A stretch of DNA of 64,000 nucleotides from Eledone cirrhosa (Eukaryota): the NCBI GenBank assembly GCA_964016885.1, contig OZ024741.1, positions 136,958,001 through 137,022,000 on the forward strand, read 5' to 3'. Below, in pieces: positions 38,857 to 51,803 of the stretch. Numbering within the stretch: the stretch's first letter is position 1; each line of letters starts with the position of its first letter. The notes beneath the pieces were generated by a model that saw only the letters and a program-made list of their open reading frames with translations, was not told the origin of the DNA and ran no database searches. A program made the translations under genes and the position numbers.

Positions 38857-40821
38857 CTGAAGAGATTGAAGGAGAAATAAGGATCTATTATTAATCCAAG
38901 ATCACACATCATACTGAAGAGGTTAAAACATAAACAGAGATTTATTATTAATGCAGGCACCACAAGTTAATACACATACTGAAGAAATAGGTCTTATTAT
39001 TAATCCAACAAAAAGCACCCAGTCCGCATTGTAAAGTGGTCATGTAGGTGTCAGGTGTCACGACAAAAAGCACCCAGGCCACACTGTAAAGTGGTCATGT
39101 AGGTGTCAAAACAAAAAGCACTCAGTCCACACTGTAAAGTGGTCGTGCAGGTGTCAAAAGTAAATGTGAAAATGATGATGATGATAATATATATCATCAG
39201 CATCATTTTAATGTCTGCTTTCCACGCTAGCAAGAGTTGGACAGGTTTACATAGACCAAGTCAGTACTGAAGCGGTGGCTACTGATTTCCCAGACAAGCC
39301 AGGGATCTGTCATCTTGCTTATATACAGTCTCACATTCTACTAAGTGCACAGGGAAGGTTGTCATGCCTTTAACACAACTGAGGAGCTTTCCAACCCTTT
39401 GTTTGGCAAAATTTCTACAGCTGGATTCCCTTCCTGTCACCAAGCACTTTACAGCATATACTGGGAGTGTTTATTGTGTAGATAACCAAATACTAGGGAG
39501 GCTGTCATGCTTTGATGTGACTGATAGGTCCTCCCAGCTTTGTTTGGCAAGCCCTCCACGTTGGATGCCCTTCCCATCACCAACCACTTTACATGGGGGA
39601 AAGCAGCTAGGAGCATGTGGACGGGGGGGGGGGGGGGGGGCATGTGAGCAGTGAAAGGGTGTGGTGGTGTTGAGGATAGCTGGTAGAGGCCGTCGGGACA
39701 CATTGTATGCTGCAAGTCAAGTCTTTTTCAGTACTGCATAGTGCCAGCCCTCGCGTTGTGAGGTTTAGTTTTTTCTAAGGTCGGTCTTCACAACCTCATC
39801 CCATGTCTTCCTAGGTCTACCTTTTCCTCAGGTCTCAGCAACTGCGGTTTCTCTATAGCTGTTTTCTTGCATGTACATCACATGTCCACACCAACAGTCT
39901 TCTCACTTGCACACTACATCCAATTCCTCTTATGCCAAGTTTTTCTCTCAATTTGCTTATGCTATGTCACTCATGCATGCTAACATTACTCATCTATCGG
40001 AGCATACTCGACTCATTTCTTTCTAGCCTACACAGGTCTTCTGCAGTTAAGGCCCATCTTTCACTGCCATGTAACATTACAGTCACACACAGGCATCATA
40101 CAGGTTGTTAGCTGTCGGGACATAGCATCTTTCAAAACTTCAATGCTTCCCAAAATTCGCCAACACTACACCTGATATTCCCCCTCCATTCACATGTACG
40201 CATGTGTCTGTGTGTATATCATGACTCAAACACTGTTCACTTTCCAGACATTAGTACATTATTCTATGTAGTATACATGCACCTTCTGATGAGTTGTAGT
40301 GACCTGAGCACTGTACACAATAATTTTCATTATTTTTATACAGTCAACCCTTCACTCTGAGAGAAAAGAATTTAATTGAAAGCAGCGGTAATAGATCTCT
40401 AAACTTCTTCCTGTCTGTTCTTATCCTTACTATCACTTGCATCATCACCATTCAATATCCATTTCCCATGCTAGCATGAGTTAGACGAGTTGTCTTGTTG
40501 TGAGACAAGTCAGATCAGCACAGCGTCTCTCCATTTGTCACGGCCCTTCGCCATCTCCTCTGTGAACTTCAGCGATCTAAGGTCAGCTCTCACCAACTCC
40601 ACCTATGATTTTTGTGGTCTTTCTCTACTGCATCTTCCTTCCACTGGGATTTCTTGGCACTTCTTTACCAAGCAGTCATCCTCCATGTGCATTACGTATC
40701 CATACCAACGCAGTCTTCTCTCCCGCACACTACAGTTTATCCCTCTTATACACAGTCTCTCAACTCATCTATGCTTGGTCGTTCATGCACATCATTTGGA
40801 GCATGCTTATATATATATATA

Positions 40822-41163
40822 TGGAGGCACATGGCTTAGTGGTTAGAGCATTGGCCTTGCAATCGAAAGGTTGTGAGTTCAATTCTCAGACCGGGTGAGG
40901 TGTTGTTTCCTTGAGCAAGACACTTTATTTCACATTGCTCCAGTTTACTCAGCTGTAGAAATGAGATGATAGGGACTGGGGTCCATATCATTCCACTGCA
41001 AAGTGGTCGTGGAGGTGCCACGGCAAAAAAGCACCCAGCACTCACTGTAAATGAGGTTGGTGTTAGGAAGGGCATCCAGCTGTAGAAATCAAGCCAAAAT
41101 CAGTTCCCGTCCCACCCTTGCACGTAGGGAAAAAGCAGACGTAAAATGAAATGATGAATGATG

Positions 41164-41164
<1 letters not shown>
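40822..41164 (+). mobile_element. tRNA-derived SINE with RTE-derived 3' tail
   Basis: Box A TGGCTTAGTGG and box B GAGTTCAATTC, a central TTGAGCAAGACACTT domain, then a tail nearly identical to the RTE 3'UTR (6595-6735). 5'-truncated copy at 18948-19240. Confidence 0.85.
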
Positions 41165-41246
<82 letters not shown>

Positions 41247-41276
41247 AAAAAATACTGAAGAATTCTTTCTACTTAC

Positions 41277-42352
41277 TTTCCATCTTGGTCTGGCACCCAT
41301 TTCAATGACTTCCCCTTTGCTAGTGTAGAATATTTAATTTTTATGGCTATCTTGGAACTTTGACAGAATTCATCTGTCGGTTCATCCTCCCAAATTCTGA
41401 GTGACCATTTATCAGTTTTAAATGACATTGCCATACCAGTTTTTAAAGAACACTCATGATAAAATTCTTCTCTTTTTGCTGAAGAATCGGCACCTGTTTC
41501 ACATTCTTTGAAACATTTTTTTTTACATCTATCACACCAAGGTAGGTGTAATAAAGTCACATCCGAAACAATAATATCACAGGCATCGAGTACAAATATT
41601 AACTGTTTACACTGGTTATTAGTGTCTTGCACTAGCTCAAATTGAGAATCTGAATCTACATGTGAAAAAATATTGCTAGATTGTTCTTTTTCTAGAACAT
41701 AATTTGTAGATAGGTTAACTGACCCTACAGAGTCATCAGTTATATTTTTTACATTCACAATCTTCTCTTGATTGTCAACTGCTGAGATTATTTCTTTGGT
41801 TGTGTTATCATCTGAAGAAATAACCATCGGTAAAACTTCCTCTTTTGAAAATGACAAATTAGAGCGTGAAGAAGTTTTAAATGTATCTGGTTTATGAACA
41901 TTATACATTTCTCCATCATTGCTTGTAATATTGTGTGTTATCACACCTGAATCAGTTGCACCGGAGTCTTTTAAATATTGCCCTGACTTATCAGAACTAC
42001 ACTGTTTTTCAGCAAGGTACACATTAGAGTTTAAACTATCTGTATTTGTAAGTTCACTTGAATTGTTTTCATTAAATTCTAAAGATTCGCTACAAATCTT
42101 CTGTTTCTTTTTCTCAATATTTTGGTCTGCTGTGCATTGTTTTCTTTTTGTCATTTGTGAAATGTCATTTTTTAGACCAGACTTCTTAGAATCTGAACTG
42201 ACACGATTAACAAAGAGAGTAATTGCTCCAGAGAGTATGTTGTTGTTGAAGTGACATGTCAAGTCTAGAACATAATGTTCAACATGATATTTATCTATAT
42301 TTGCCATCAATGGTAAGTCATTTTCTTCTCCATTATTCACCTCCATTTTCAT
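41277..42352 (-). CDS. AOPEP: Aminopeptidase O-like (M1 peptidase), coding exon 1
   Basis: ORF MKMEVNNGEENDLPLMANIDKYHVEHYVLDL...KSLKWVPDQDG. DLPLMAN..HYVLDL matches the AOPEP N-terminus as I recall it. Acceptor tttttaag just upstream (42360-42361); donor AA|GTAAGT, phase 2. Confidence 0.9.
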
Positions 42353-43645
42353 TTAACTCCTTAAAAAATAAAATTATGAGAACCATGAAGTTAAATTGAC
42401 AAAAGAAAAAAAAAAGAAAATTAATTAATAAGCATTTTATCTCTTAACATGCTGTACCTTATGAAACCACATTAGCAAAACATTCTTAATAAGTACTAAA
42501 AGTCTTTACTTAAATCCAAAGAAGAATTTCAAAACACAAAATAAGCATTTAAAACCATATTAGCAAGATATTTTGAAAAGTACATAACAGCACCAAATTA
42601 AGTATTGTAGTCTTTATTCTAATACTTCAAATGTTCAGAATGATCTGACCACTGGTAAAGATACTATAAACGTTTGAATTAGCAAACCATATTAACAATA
42701 CATAACAAGCTTTTCCATTTTGCCCAATCCTCTGTAATCCCTACAACTTACTGTAAATATTGAGATAGTAACTACTTCTTACAAATTTATAGTGGGGAAA
42801 TAATTATTTTCTGTCGATCTTTCCGTGTGCTATCAATAAAACTTACCTCCGAATATGCTGCGAAAGACTTTTTCCAGGGAAAACGGAGGGAACCCTCGGA
42901 GTTTTTACCGACTTCCGCGAAAGTTTAATCAGTTTCTTTTTTTTTTTCGTGCTATGATGAAACGGAAACGACTCGCCTTCTAGAAGAAGGATGGAGGAAG
43001 GGGGGTTTAAAGACCCTCGAAGTTTCGCAGATCTATACCCTTTCGGGTTTAGTGTGATTTTTGTTCTTGTTCATAGGTTTCTTTCGCGTGTTATCAACGA
43101 TTATGACCTCCATATATGCTAACACTAAAACTGAAAGTAAGTTTAATATCGATAGCACACGAAAAAAAAAACGAAGAAAAATAATTATTTCCCACTGAAA
43201 TTAGCGGACGTGTTCTATAATTGTTTCTACGTTAGGCACAAGGCCAGCAATTACTCAGTGCATTACTGGTACTTTATTTTATCGACCCCGTAAGGATGAA
43301 AGGCAAAGTTAACCTTGACGAGATTTGAACTCAAAATGGCAAGGGCCGTAACTATGCGTCAAAGCATGGCGTCCGACAATCTACCGATACTGCTAATCAA
43401 CAGCTCTTCTATAATAATACAATACTTCTTACAGTAAATGTTGGGATAGTAACAAGTTTTTACAGTAAATAAATGCTGAGATACTAGTTAGTTTTTACAG
43501 TAAATGTGATCAAAGCTAGTTTTTGCGGTAAATAAATGTTGTGATAAAATCTAGTTTCTACTATAGACGTTGCAACAGTAGCTACTTTTTACTGTAAATA
43601 AACTTCTTACCATCTAATGAGTATGTGATAACATGTTAAACTTAC

Positions 43646-43700
43646 CAAGATTACCGCCGTTATTTTCAACATCCGGTATCAGACGAAAACATTCCCGATT
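43646..43700 (-). promoter_or_regulatory. Candidate non-coding first exon / promoter-proximal region of the AOPEP-like gene
   Basis: TTG|GTAAGT donor at 43640-43645, preceded on the minus strand by an Ets-like ACCGGATGTT and a YY1-like AAAATAACGGCGG. Coding exon 1 has an acceptor upstream of its ATG, so it needs a UTR exon. The upstream boundary is a guess. Confidence 0.35.
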
Positions 43701-44096
43701 AAAAATTTCATCCTTCTGTGGAAGAAATTATAAGGCCAATTGATAGACGGATAGCTAAACTCATTCCAACCTGGGGTGTTATTATCGCTAACTTCAAATT
43801 GGTTACATGCTATAACTTTCAACCAATGCAATCCGTTATCTACCATAATTTGTTCAATATTGCTGTCAACTGCGGCCGTTAAACCAAACAAAACTATATC
43901 GATCGTAGTTATTGATATTACCCGTAAGCTATACGCAAAACTGTGATTTGTTGAACTGTTGTTTATTGCATGACAAACATTTCCAAAAAGTAAGGAACGA
44001 CCTACCCCTAAAGTCCAGCTCCTCTTACTCACTTCACCGGAAGTCCTTCACTGCCGACCAGTTCAATAACCGGTTTGCAATAAAATCCCTTCCGTC

Positions 44097-44258
44097 AACA
44101 CTTCGTCTTTACGAGCCCGCTGCAATGCTCTACATAGCTCCCCCTCAGAACTGTTGATTGTCATTAGAATCGATAACCTTATCGATTCTAATGACAATCA
44201 ACAGTTCTGAGGGGGAGCTATGTAGAGCATTGCAGCGGGCTCGTAAAGACGAAGTGTT
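44097..44258. repeat. Perfect 80-bp inverted repeat with 2-nt spacer
   Basis: ...GAATCGATAA-CC-TTATCGATTC...; the arms match exactly. Confidence 0.97.
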
Positions 44259-47200
44259 TTTACCACCCGACCCGTGCGTGTAGTTACTTGGCTAGATGTA
44301 CCGTACGTTGACATAGGAATAAGGCGTAACTGGCCCACGTTATCTCTCAGTTGTTCAAGATACATTTTTACATCCGGACCTGACTTCATGTTTGGAATGA
44401 ATTCCCCCGGCACAGTAAGCAGAGCGCCGTAGACAATTTCCACGAAAGAAGGTGTTGAGGTCTTCCTTTGGGGCAGTGCGTATTCCCAGCATTACCCATG
44501 GAAGCTAATTGGTCCAGTTGGGCCCAATACGTCTGAGTATGAGGGATTCCTTCAAGCAGCGGTGAAATATCTCCACTCAGCCCTTGGAGCAACAAGGTCA
44601 ATGTTGACATGGCCGAAACGTGCCTTTAGCAGAAAACTAATAATAGTCATATCACCAAGAAGAATTATAATGATGTGTATTTGTTGTAACAGGAAAGGTG
44701 TGGTTTTGTTAAACGTGAGATTAGTGAATGTTTGTGGAATTAGTCGTCAAATCTTCGTTAACATTTTTACGTTTTATTTAAACTAATTACAAAGAGTTAA
44801 GTTGAGTGACATGTCAAAGTAAAGAACAAACATTAAGAGTTAAGAAGTGAATGTGGCATTGTGCCATGCTAAAAGGCGGCCGACAGGCCAAAATGAAAGT
44901 CTCACCGTTACATAATCGCGTGTTGACCTTTTAGAGACCAAGCAGCAAGAGATTTTTGAATCGCCGCGGGGAATTTTTCCCTCTGAGCGAAGGTTGAAAC
45001 ACATTCTGCTACGCTGACGGCGATTGGCTGAATTAAGCCAAACAACGTACGGAGAATGAATCCATGAGCCCTCGGAATGTAGGTCACTACATGCCTGTGG
45101 GGCTTCTAGCTACTGAAAGGTACTTTGGTATGCTGATGGATTTTGACTTGTTTGCGGGAGATACAGCTCTTGATCCACTCCCCAGTTTGCTTGGTCAAAC
45201 CATGCCAGACAAATTTGCATGACATCAGACGCTGTGTGGATCTGCACCCGGGTGGGAGAGTCAGTGAATGATATCAAAACCTTTTCGCCGCCAGGCGTGG
45301 TTTCCCGGTGGATACAAAGCAAATAAATGTTGTTCCATTGGAGCCGAAATGTATATCCTGCAAGGAAGGAAGTGATAGTGGTGCGATAGGCCCTGATGTC
45401 ATCATCTATTTGTTGAGCTTCGACCATATCCTCATAGTCAAGACCTTCCATTATCGAGGCTATGTGGGTGTTGGCAACAGTAGTCTAGAGAAACTGGCCA
45501 ACAAGAGGTTATTTGAAATAATATTTACATTCTGCTCTCATTTTTCGGAAGAGACATTCATCACACAGAGTTGCTCTTGGAAGTAGATAAAGAGATGTGG
45601 CACTTAGCCAAAACTTCCAGCTCTCTCGACAAGGTTGGCTCCTCGATAAAGATTAGTTCAATGCATCTTGCAGACTACTACTGCATTCACGCAAACCAAC
45701 TACACAAACATAACACACAATTCACTTGGTTCCTTGTTGTTTTCCTATTTTGTCAACTTAAGTTATTTCTTAATAAAAATTATCATAGTAGCGATGTTTG
45801 TTATTGTTCATCGGATATTTTTAATGGCAACTTTACCTTCAACTACTGACTATGGCAACGAGTACAGCCACATATCTCGACTCACTGAGATATACACTCT
45901 TGATTCATTTGCCATAAGTCACAAACATTCCCCCAGCGCTTACCTGCGAGAGCAATTCATGGAATCACCCATCAAGCTAACAACATTGTCACTACATCTG
46001 CCACGCCAACACGCTAAAATTAACATATACCCCATCGCTATAAGTTTACCATACCTACAAATTGGTGCAAAGCCTCGGTTGTGGTGGGGCGTGTAAAAAA
46101 TGAAATAGCTTTCACTTTTTCTAGTAGGGGTGAAACCCCAGTAACTATGATTGAATGTCCGAGAAAGACGCACTTGGCAGGGTTGACTACCAAACCGTAT
46201 TGTTCATGTCTATCAAAAAGAGTCACTGAATGCATTTCGTGTTTTTCCGCATTTTGACTTGCAATGAGGATGTCATGCGTTAGAAAATTGTGCTGTGTTT
46301 TTGAGGCCGAAAAGTGTGCGCAGAAATTCATACAGTTCGAAAGGGGTGATAACGGCAGTTTTAGGAATATCTTGCATCCGGCTAACAGCCCAGAAGTCCT
46401 GTATATGCGGAATGGGGTAGCGGTTGGGTGTAGTGTTTGTGTTGAGACGGCGATATTCCCCGCAACGTCGCCAACCTCCATTGGGTTTTGGTGCCACATA
46501 TAGAGAGGATTGTGGTTAGAAAAAGCTACTTCACTTACCGCTTTCGCTGGCACCGCTAATCCAATGGCTGGTTTCTCCTCTCCCACGTGCGTACAATCCA
46601 ACTCGTTAACCGGGAGCTCCAAAACTGACGTCCACCACGTCCGCTGACCACCCTAGACAGAGGCAGACCTGCTGGCCATTCCGGTCGAGCACCCTTCCGG
46701 TCAAGCACTCTTCCGGTCGAGCACTCCCCAGCCTCCGGCTACCGCACGCGCCCCCCTGATCTCAAGGATCAATTTCCCCCTCGTCCTGCTGCATATGAAA
46801 GTCTGCTGTCCAGGTTGGTGGTTTGCGACTTCTTTGCGATCTCCGCAGTGTTGGGGCGGCACTTTGGGTTTCCTCTTCTTCGGAGTCCGTTGACACAGTA
46901 ATTCTACGGACATCCAGGACACATTGTTCTGGGAATTTACGGCCGTCACCGTCCCCTTCCCCATTGAGATGTGCAACGTGCATCTGGGGGCTTAACCCAG
47001 ACTTCTTCGCCCACCTGCACGAATGCATTATCTCTCTCCGCTGGCCGTTGTGGTGGCGTGCACGGGTGCCGCTACTCGTATCTGAATACTGCTCTGTGTG
47101 ACACCGATTCCTCAACCTGTCCCACCCGAGGAGACATGTTGTACCAGAACACTGCCTCCATTGGTGAGATGTGGCCCCACTCCACCATTGCTTTGATCGT

Positions 47201-47907
47201 CCGGTGATGTCGCTCCACGATTCCATTTCCGCTCGGCCTGTACGCTGCTCTGAAGAAACAGTCCACCTTCCATCCATTGAGCATCTCCCTCAGCGCCTCC
47301 GAGCGGAACGCTGCGCAGTTGTCCATCAGCAGTTCGTCCACAGGGCACCGCTCCAAGAACACCTCTCTCAACGTCCGCGTGATTTCCTCGGCTGTTCCAG
47401 TCTTCATCTCCCTCCATATCGCCATCCGTCCCGGTCCACAGTCGACCATTGAGAGGTATGTTCCTTGTCGGTAGTGTGTTACATCCACCGCCAATCGCTT
47501 CCAGATGCGATCCACCGGGAGGCTTCCCGTTTCGTGCACACCCGGGGCGGGATCAATCGACTGACCAGTGGCGTAACTAGCTTTTAAAGCCAGGGGGGGG
47601 GGGAAATCCGATCTAAAGGGGGCCCACCAATTCCATACGCTCATTTCCATCAGCTGCAAGAAAATATGTTCATACGGGCGTCTAGAATAGATAATTTATA
47701 ATAGAGTAGAATACATCATAGATTACAGAGTTAGCATGTTCCGTGAAAACTTTATTAACTGCAAAGACGGTGGTCTATCTTCAGAAAAAAACAAAACAAT
47801 ATCCAGTAAAACTAGTCTTGCAATCGATTATTCACAAACAAAAATTTGTATGTGCAACAAATCGTCCATCTAAAACTTTACTTTCACATTCGAGCATATC
47901 ACTTGTT

Positions 47908-50595
47908 CTACAGTTCTAATTTGCGATGTTTTACTTTAGAAAATTTTTCAATCACGATGCTGAAGTCAATTTTTTCAGCCAGTTCTCGCTCTATGTACAT
48001 CATTGCCAGAGCATTCAACCGCTCTTCACTCATGGTACTACGCAAATAATTCTTTATCAGTTTGAGCCTGCTGAAGGTTCGCTCAGCCTGCGCCGAGCTA
48101 ACCGGAATAGTTATGAACATTTTGTATAAGGCAAACACGTTCGGATAGGCTCTATCTAAGTCATTAGAAATCATAAACGGAACGATCTCAGAACTCGATA
48201 TGGATTTATCTAAACATACTTCCTTGTAAAAATCTTTGAATGATAAATATTCATCGAAGATAGTGTCATTTTCGATGTCACCCTCGTAGAATTTCGCAAG
48301 ATTATCGATTCTCTCTTTATTGCATGTGTCGTCGTCGTCTAAGTGCGCCGGTATCAAGCACGAAAAATCCTTCACTAGACCGTGCAAGTCGGCAAAACGT
48401 TCGTTAAAGCTACTAATGATTCTATCTAGGATAGTGAAATAAACGTCCCGTTTAAAATGCTGACTCATCGTCTCATGAGGTTCGTCACTGGCATTTTCGT
48501 CATGAAAACGCTTCTTTTTTCTTTTCCGTTTTTCTGTTGTAAACTCTGGTTCAACTTGACATTGCTCGGCGAGATTTTTAGTGTCTGATAATGTTCGGTC
48601 AAAATATTCATTTGAGCGGATTTCTTCAATTTCTTTTACTACAATTTTAATCAGGACGTCCGCGGAATATAAGTCGATAGCCTCCTTCTGCAAATATTGT
48701 GAAACAGAATGCAGCTTTTTAAGTAAATTCTGAAAAAACTTCAACATGAAAATGAATTCAAACTTGCTCACATTTAGTAGCAAACCTCTGGCCTCAGCTA
48801 ATACTTTCGGAGAAGTGTTGCGAACATCCCCACTTACTATCCTCTCTAGTGCACTCATTACTGCCGGTAAGTTGTTAATGGTAGCCTCTACAGCCTGAAT
48901 GTGACTAAACCAGCGGGTATCTGAGAGTCTTTTTAATGTTAATACCGTTGAAGTCAATAGTTTTTCTTGTTCTTCTTCGAGGATTTTCAGCCTTGGCAAG
49001 CTTGATGTTAAGAAAACATACAGGCTCTCCAATGTACCAAAAATTAATTTACCATCCATTGACGATTGGCTAGCATCGATTAACACCAGGTTCAGGTTAT
49101 GAGCACAACAATGGACGTAAACAGCTTTCAAAGAGCATCCCTCTTTAACTCTAGCCTGAAGCCCAGAAATATGGCCGGACATATTCGACGCTCCGTCGTA
49201 AGCTTGTCCTCTAATATATTGAGCATCCAAGGAAAGATCCTGGTAAAGAACTTTCACAAGCGTATCGAAAAATGATTCAGCGACTGCTGATTTTAGTTCA
49301 CAAAACGACAGGAAACGCTCCTGTGCGTGGCCACTTTTCGATACATATCGCAGTGACAGAGAGCATTGATCCTGATGCGAAATGTCTATTGTGGAATCGA
49401 CAATGACTGAATAGTATTTTGCCTCTTTCACTTCCGTGATTATTTGTTGAGTACATTCGTTCGCCAGGCATTCTATGAATTCGTTTTGTAATTTTGGACT
49501 GTCTTTTAGTGCGCCCAGGCGAGAAGAAATGGCTTTCCAAGATCGTATCATACTTGGCTATCAATTTCAACAATTCAATAAAGTTTCCTTCATTTTCTGA
49601 TTTGGCGCCAAGTCCAGCATATTCCCTGTGACCTCTGAAGGCCAAGCCTTGTTTTGCGAGAAATAACGTACAATCAAGCAATCGCCACAATATCTGGCGA
49701 TTTCGTTCAATTCGCTTCTTCTCTTCATGGATGAGGTTATCGATCACCGTTTTATTTGCGTCCAAACGATATTTTGTCATGAAGTATTGCTTTTGTGCAT
49801 TGATGTGAATGGTACTTTTCTCATGATTGGCAATTTTTTCGATTCCCTTTTTGAAGTCTGCCATCCCACACTCTGGATTACCCCAAGTCTTCGAGTAAGA
49901 TTCGGCATTTTTATCAGCAAACAGCCAACAACAAAAGCAATATAGTCTGTTGGATTCAGGAGAGTATACTAACCAGTGTCGGTCAACTTCTCTTGTACCA
50001 ACTGATGTTGAATTTTCTGTGGTTCGAGTCGAGAGGGAAATCAGCAAAATTATCTTTCAATCCTGGCTGACAAGGACCAACGGCCACGAGGGCATGAATT
50101 AGAGGTGTCGTCAATGGTCTGTCTTCGAAATGTTTCGGGTCGCTTGGATACTTCTCTTGTAAATTCAACATGCACTCTACTGGCTCATGCTCTGGGATTT
50201 GTTTTGCCAATGTAGTTTCCTCTGAATCATTTTCATTTTCAGATTCCGATATAGCCATTTTCCCCTCTATTGAGTTTGGATCCCCATTTGGAACTATATC
50301 TTCAGTGACTACGACGGTTGTTGAGATAGTCGATGGACCTGAGGCATCTTCGACGTCAGGTTCTCGCGACTCTCCAGTGCTTTTCTGTTTCTCCAGTTCA
50401 TCTGACCAGACCGACTCGCCGGAAATTCCGGCAGTTACATTGGTTTGGGATGCGTCACTACTTGTTGACGAAGACTGTTGACTTTTCAGAAAACTTGTGA
50501 TTAGATGACATTTCTTTGCAGATTCTTCCCTGGCAGCTTGTCTAGCTTCTTTCCTCTTTGTTGCTCCAGTTTTGTAAAAAAGTTTTAGGCAACAT
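47908..50595 (-). pseudogene. hAT transposase with three frameshifts
   Basis: TGATKRK N-terminus, ZnF-TTF (WLVYS..CFCC), DUF4371-type (GLAFRGH), DSTID, DGASNMSG, HCCAHNLNL, TRW, and dimerization motif AERTFSRLKLIKNYLRSTM. Shifts near 50580, 49990 and 49530. Confidence 0.92.
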
Positions 50596-51557
50596 TCTTA
50601 ATGAGTACTATATTGACACAGTTGGAATAATGCAATTCGCTTGATTTGATATTCAACACCGAAGAATGTAAAACACGTCAAATAATCGACGAAAAACAAA
50701 ACACAAAACATAGAGCAAAAGTCCAGAAATATATATATATATAACAGATTAATCTACCGGAGTAAACGGTAGTGTCGAATCCGTATAGAGAACTCAATGT
50801 AATCCAAATGTGGAAAATCATAAAAAATACATGTAGTTAATTAATAATGTAAAACAATTGGAAGACAGAGTCAAAATAAGACATTGAAAAACAATGAAAA
50901 ATTAAACAAAGAACATGTTCTTCCTATTAATATTGATTTACACTTTAACAGACGATCGTTTCAAGGGATCAGATATTGGCATGTGTATTTTCATTAAGAT
51001 ATATATATATATATATATTTTATATTTTACAAATTATACAAAGAAAATACAACATACCTCCATCCGCTCTCTATCGTCAGTGTTGAATGAAAACTAATTT
51101 TATTACAAGAATAAAAAACATATCAAAATATAAAGGAACATTGACCGATGGTATTCATTGGCTGGTTTCTAAATCAACAAAATCCATCGGCTGAAAAGGA
51201 GATAAAAGATGAAATTCAATGGAAAGCAGTTAGAGGATGAGGAGGGGTGTTACAATAGAGGAAGACAATTAGGTCAAAGTTCTGGACAGAATATTTAAGG
51301 ACAGCAGAATGTCAGATATCAAGTTACAACTTTAGAAAGTTCATGATGAGAACGAATATTATATTCCAACTAAATATATATTTGTGTGTATATACTCATG
51401 CATAATTATACTTTTAATTAAATATTAGGTTAAAAAACTGAGTATCGAGAATAACATAAGCATGTATTACAACATTTCAAACAAAAAGAATAATATAGAA
51501 TTTAGATATCAAATCATTTATATATATTTACAAATCAAAGAATATAACAATCGGTTT

Positions 51558-51803
51558 TTAATGAGATCCCTGTGATTGAGGCAAGGCTACTAATTTGTCA
51601 ATGTTTGGTGTCAAAGCCGTTAGAGAGAGTCGTAAACCACCTCTTCTTTCTATATCAAGGCGATTTCCACTTTTTGAAAGCAGATGCATAACCCGACTGA
51701 AACCTGACTCAACTAAATAAGATGTGGAGAAAGCAAATAAAAAAAATGTAACGCTTTTATTCGACTGAATATTCTCCACACATTTTTTAGATGCAGTTGC
51801 CAT
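51558..51803 (-). pseudogene. C-terminal fragment of a Buster/Charlie-type hAT transposase
   Basis: FSTSYLVESGFSRV..NRLDIERRGGLRLSLT..PNIDKLV..QGSH is typical of Buster/SCAND3-like C-termini. Confidence 0.8.

Noticed and set aside
40284-40320. CTGATGAG in the LINE-tail repeat as a hammerhead
   Set aside because: No GAAA after the stem, and other copies read TTTGATGAG.
42783-43202. GAG|GTAAGT at 42841-42846 as a 5'UTR exon donor
   Set aside because: It lies in one arm of an imperfect ~65-bp inverted repeat (MITE-like); no independent support, so not called.
43679-44032. 117-aa ORF upstream of AOPEP
   Set aside because: No recognisable motif; overlaps the LTR/promoter region; likely spurious.
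47908-49551. Domesticated ZMYM1-like host gene
   Set aside because: Bounded by TIRs and a TSD, frameshifted, and inserted in a retrotransposon.
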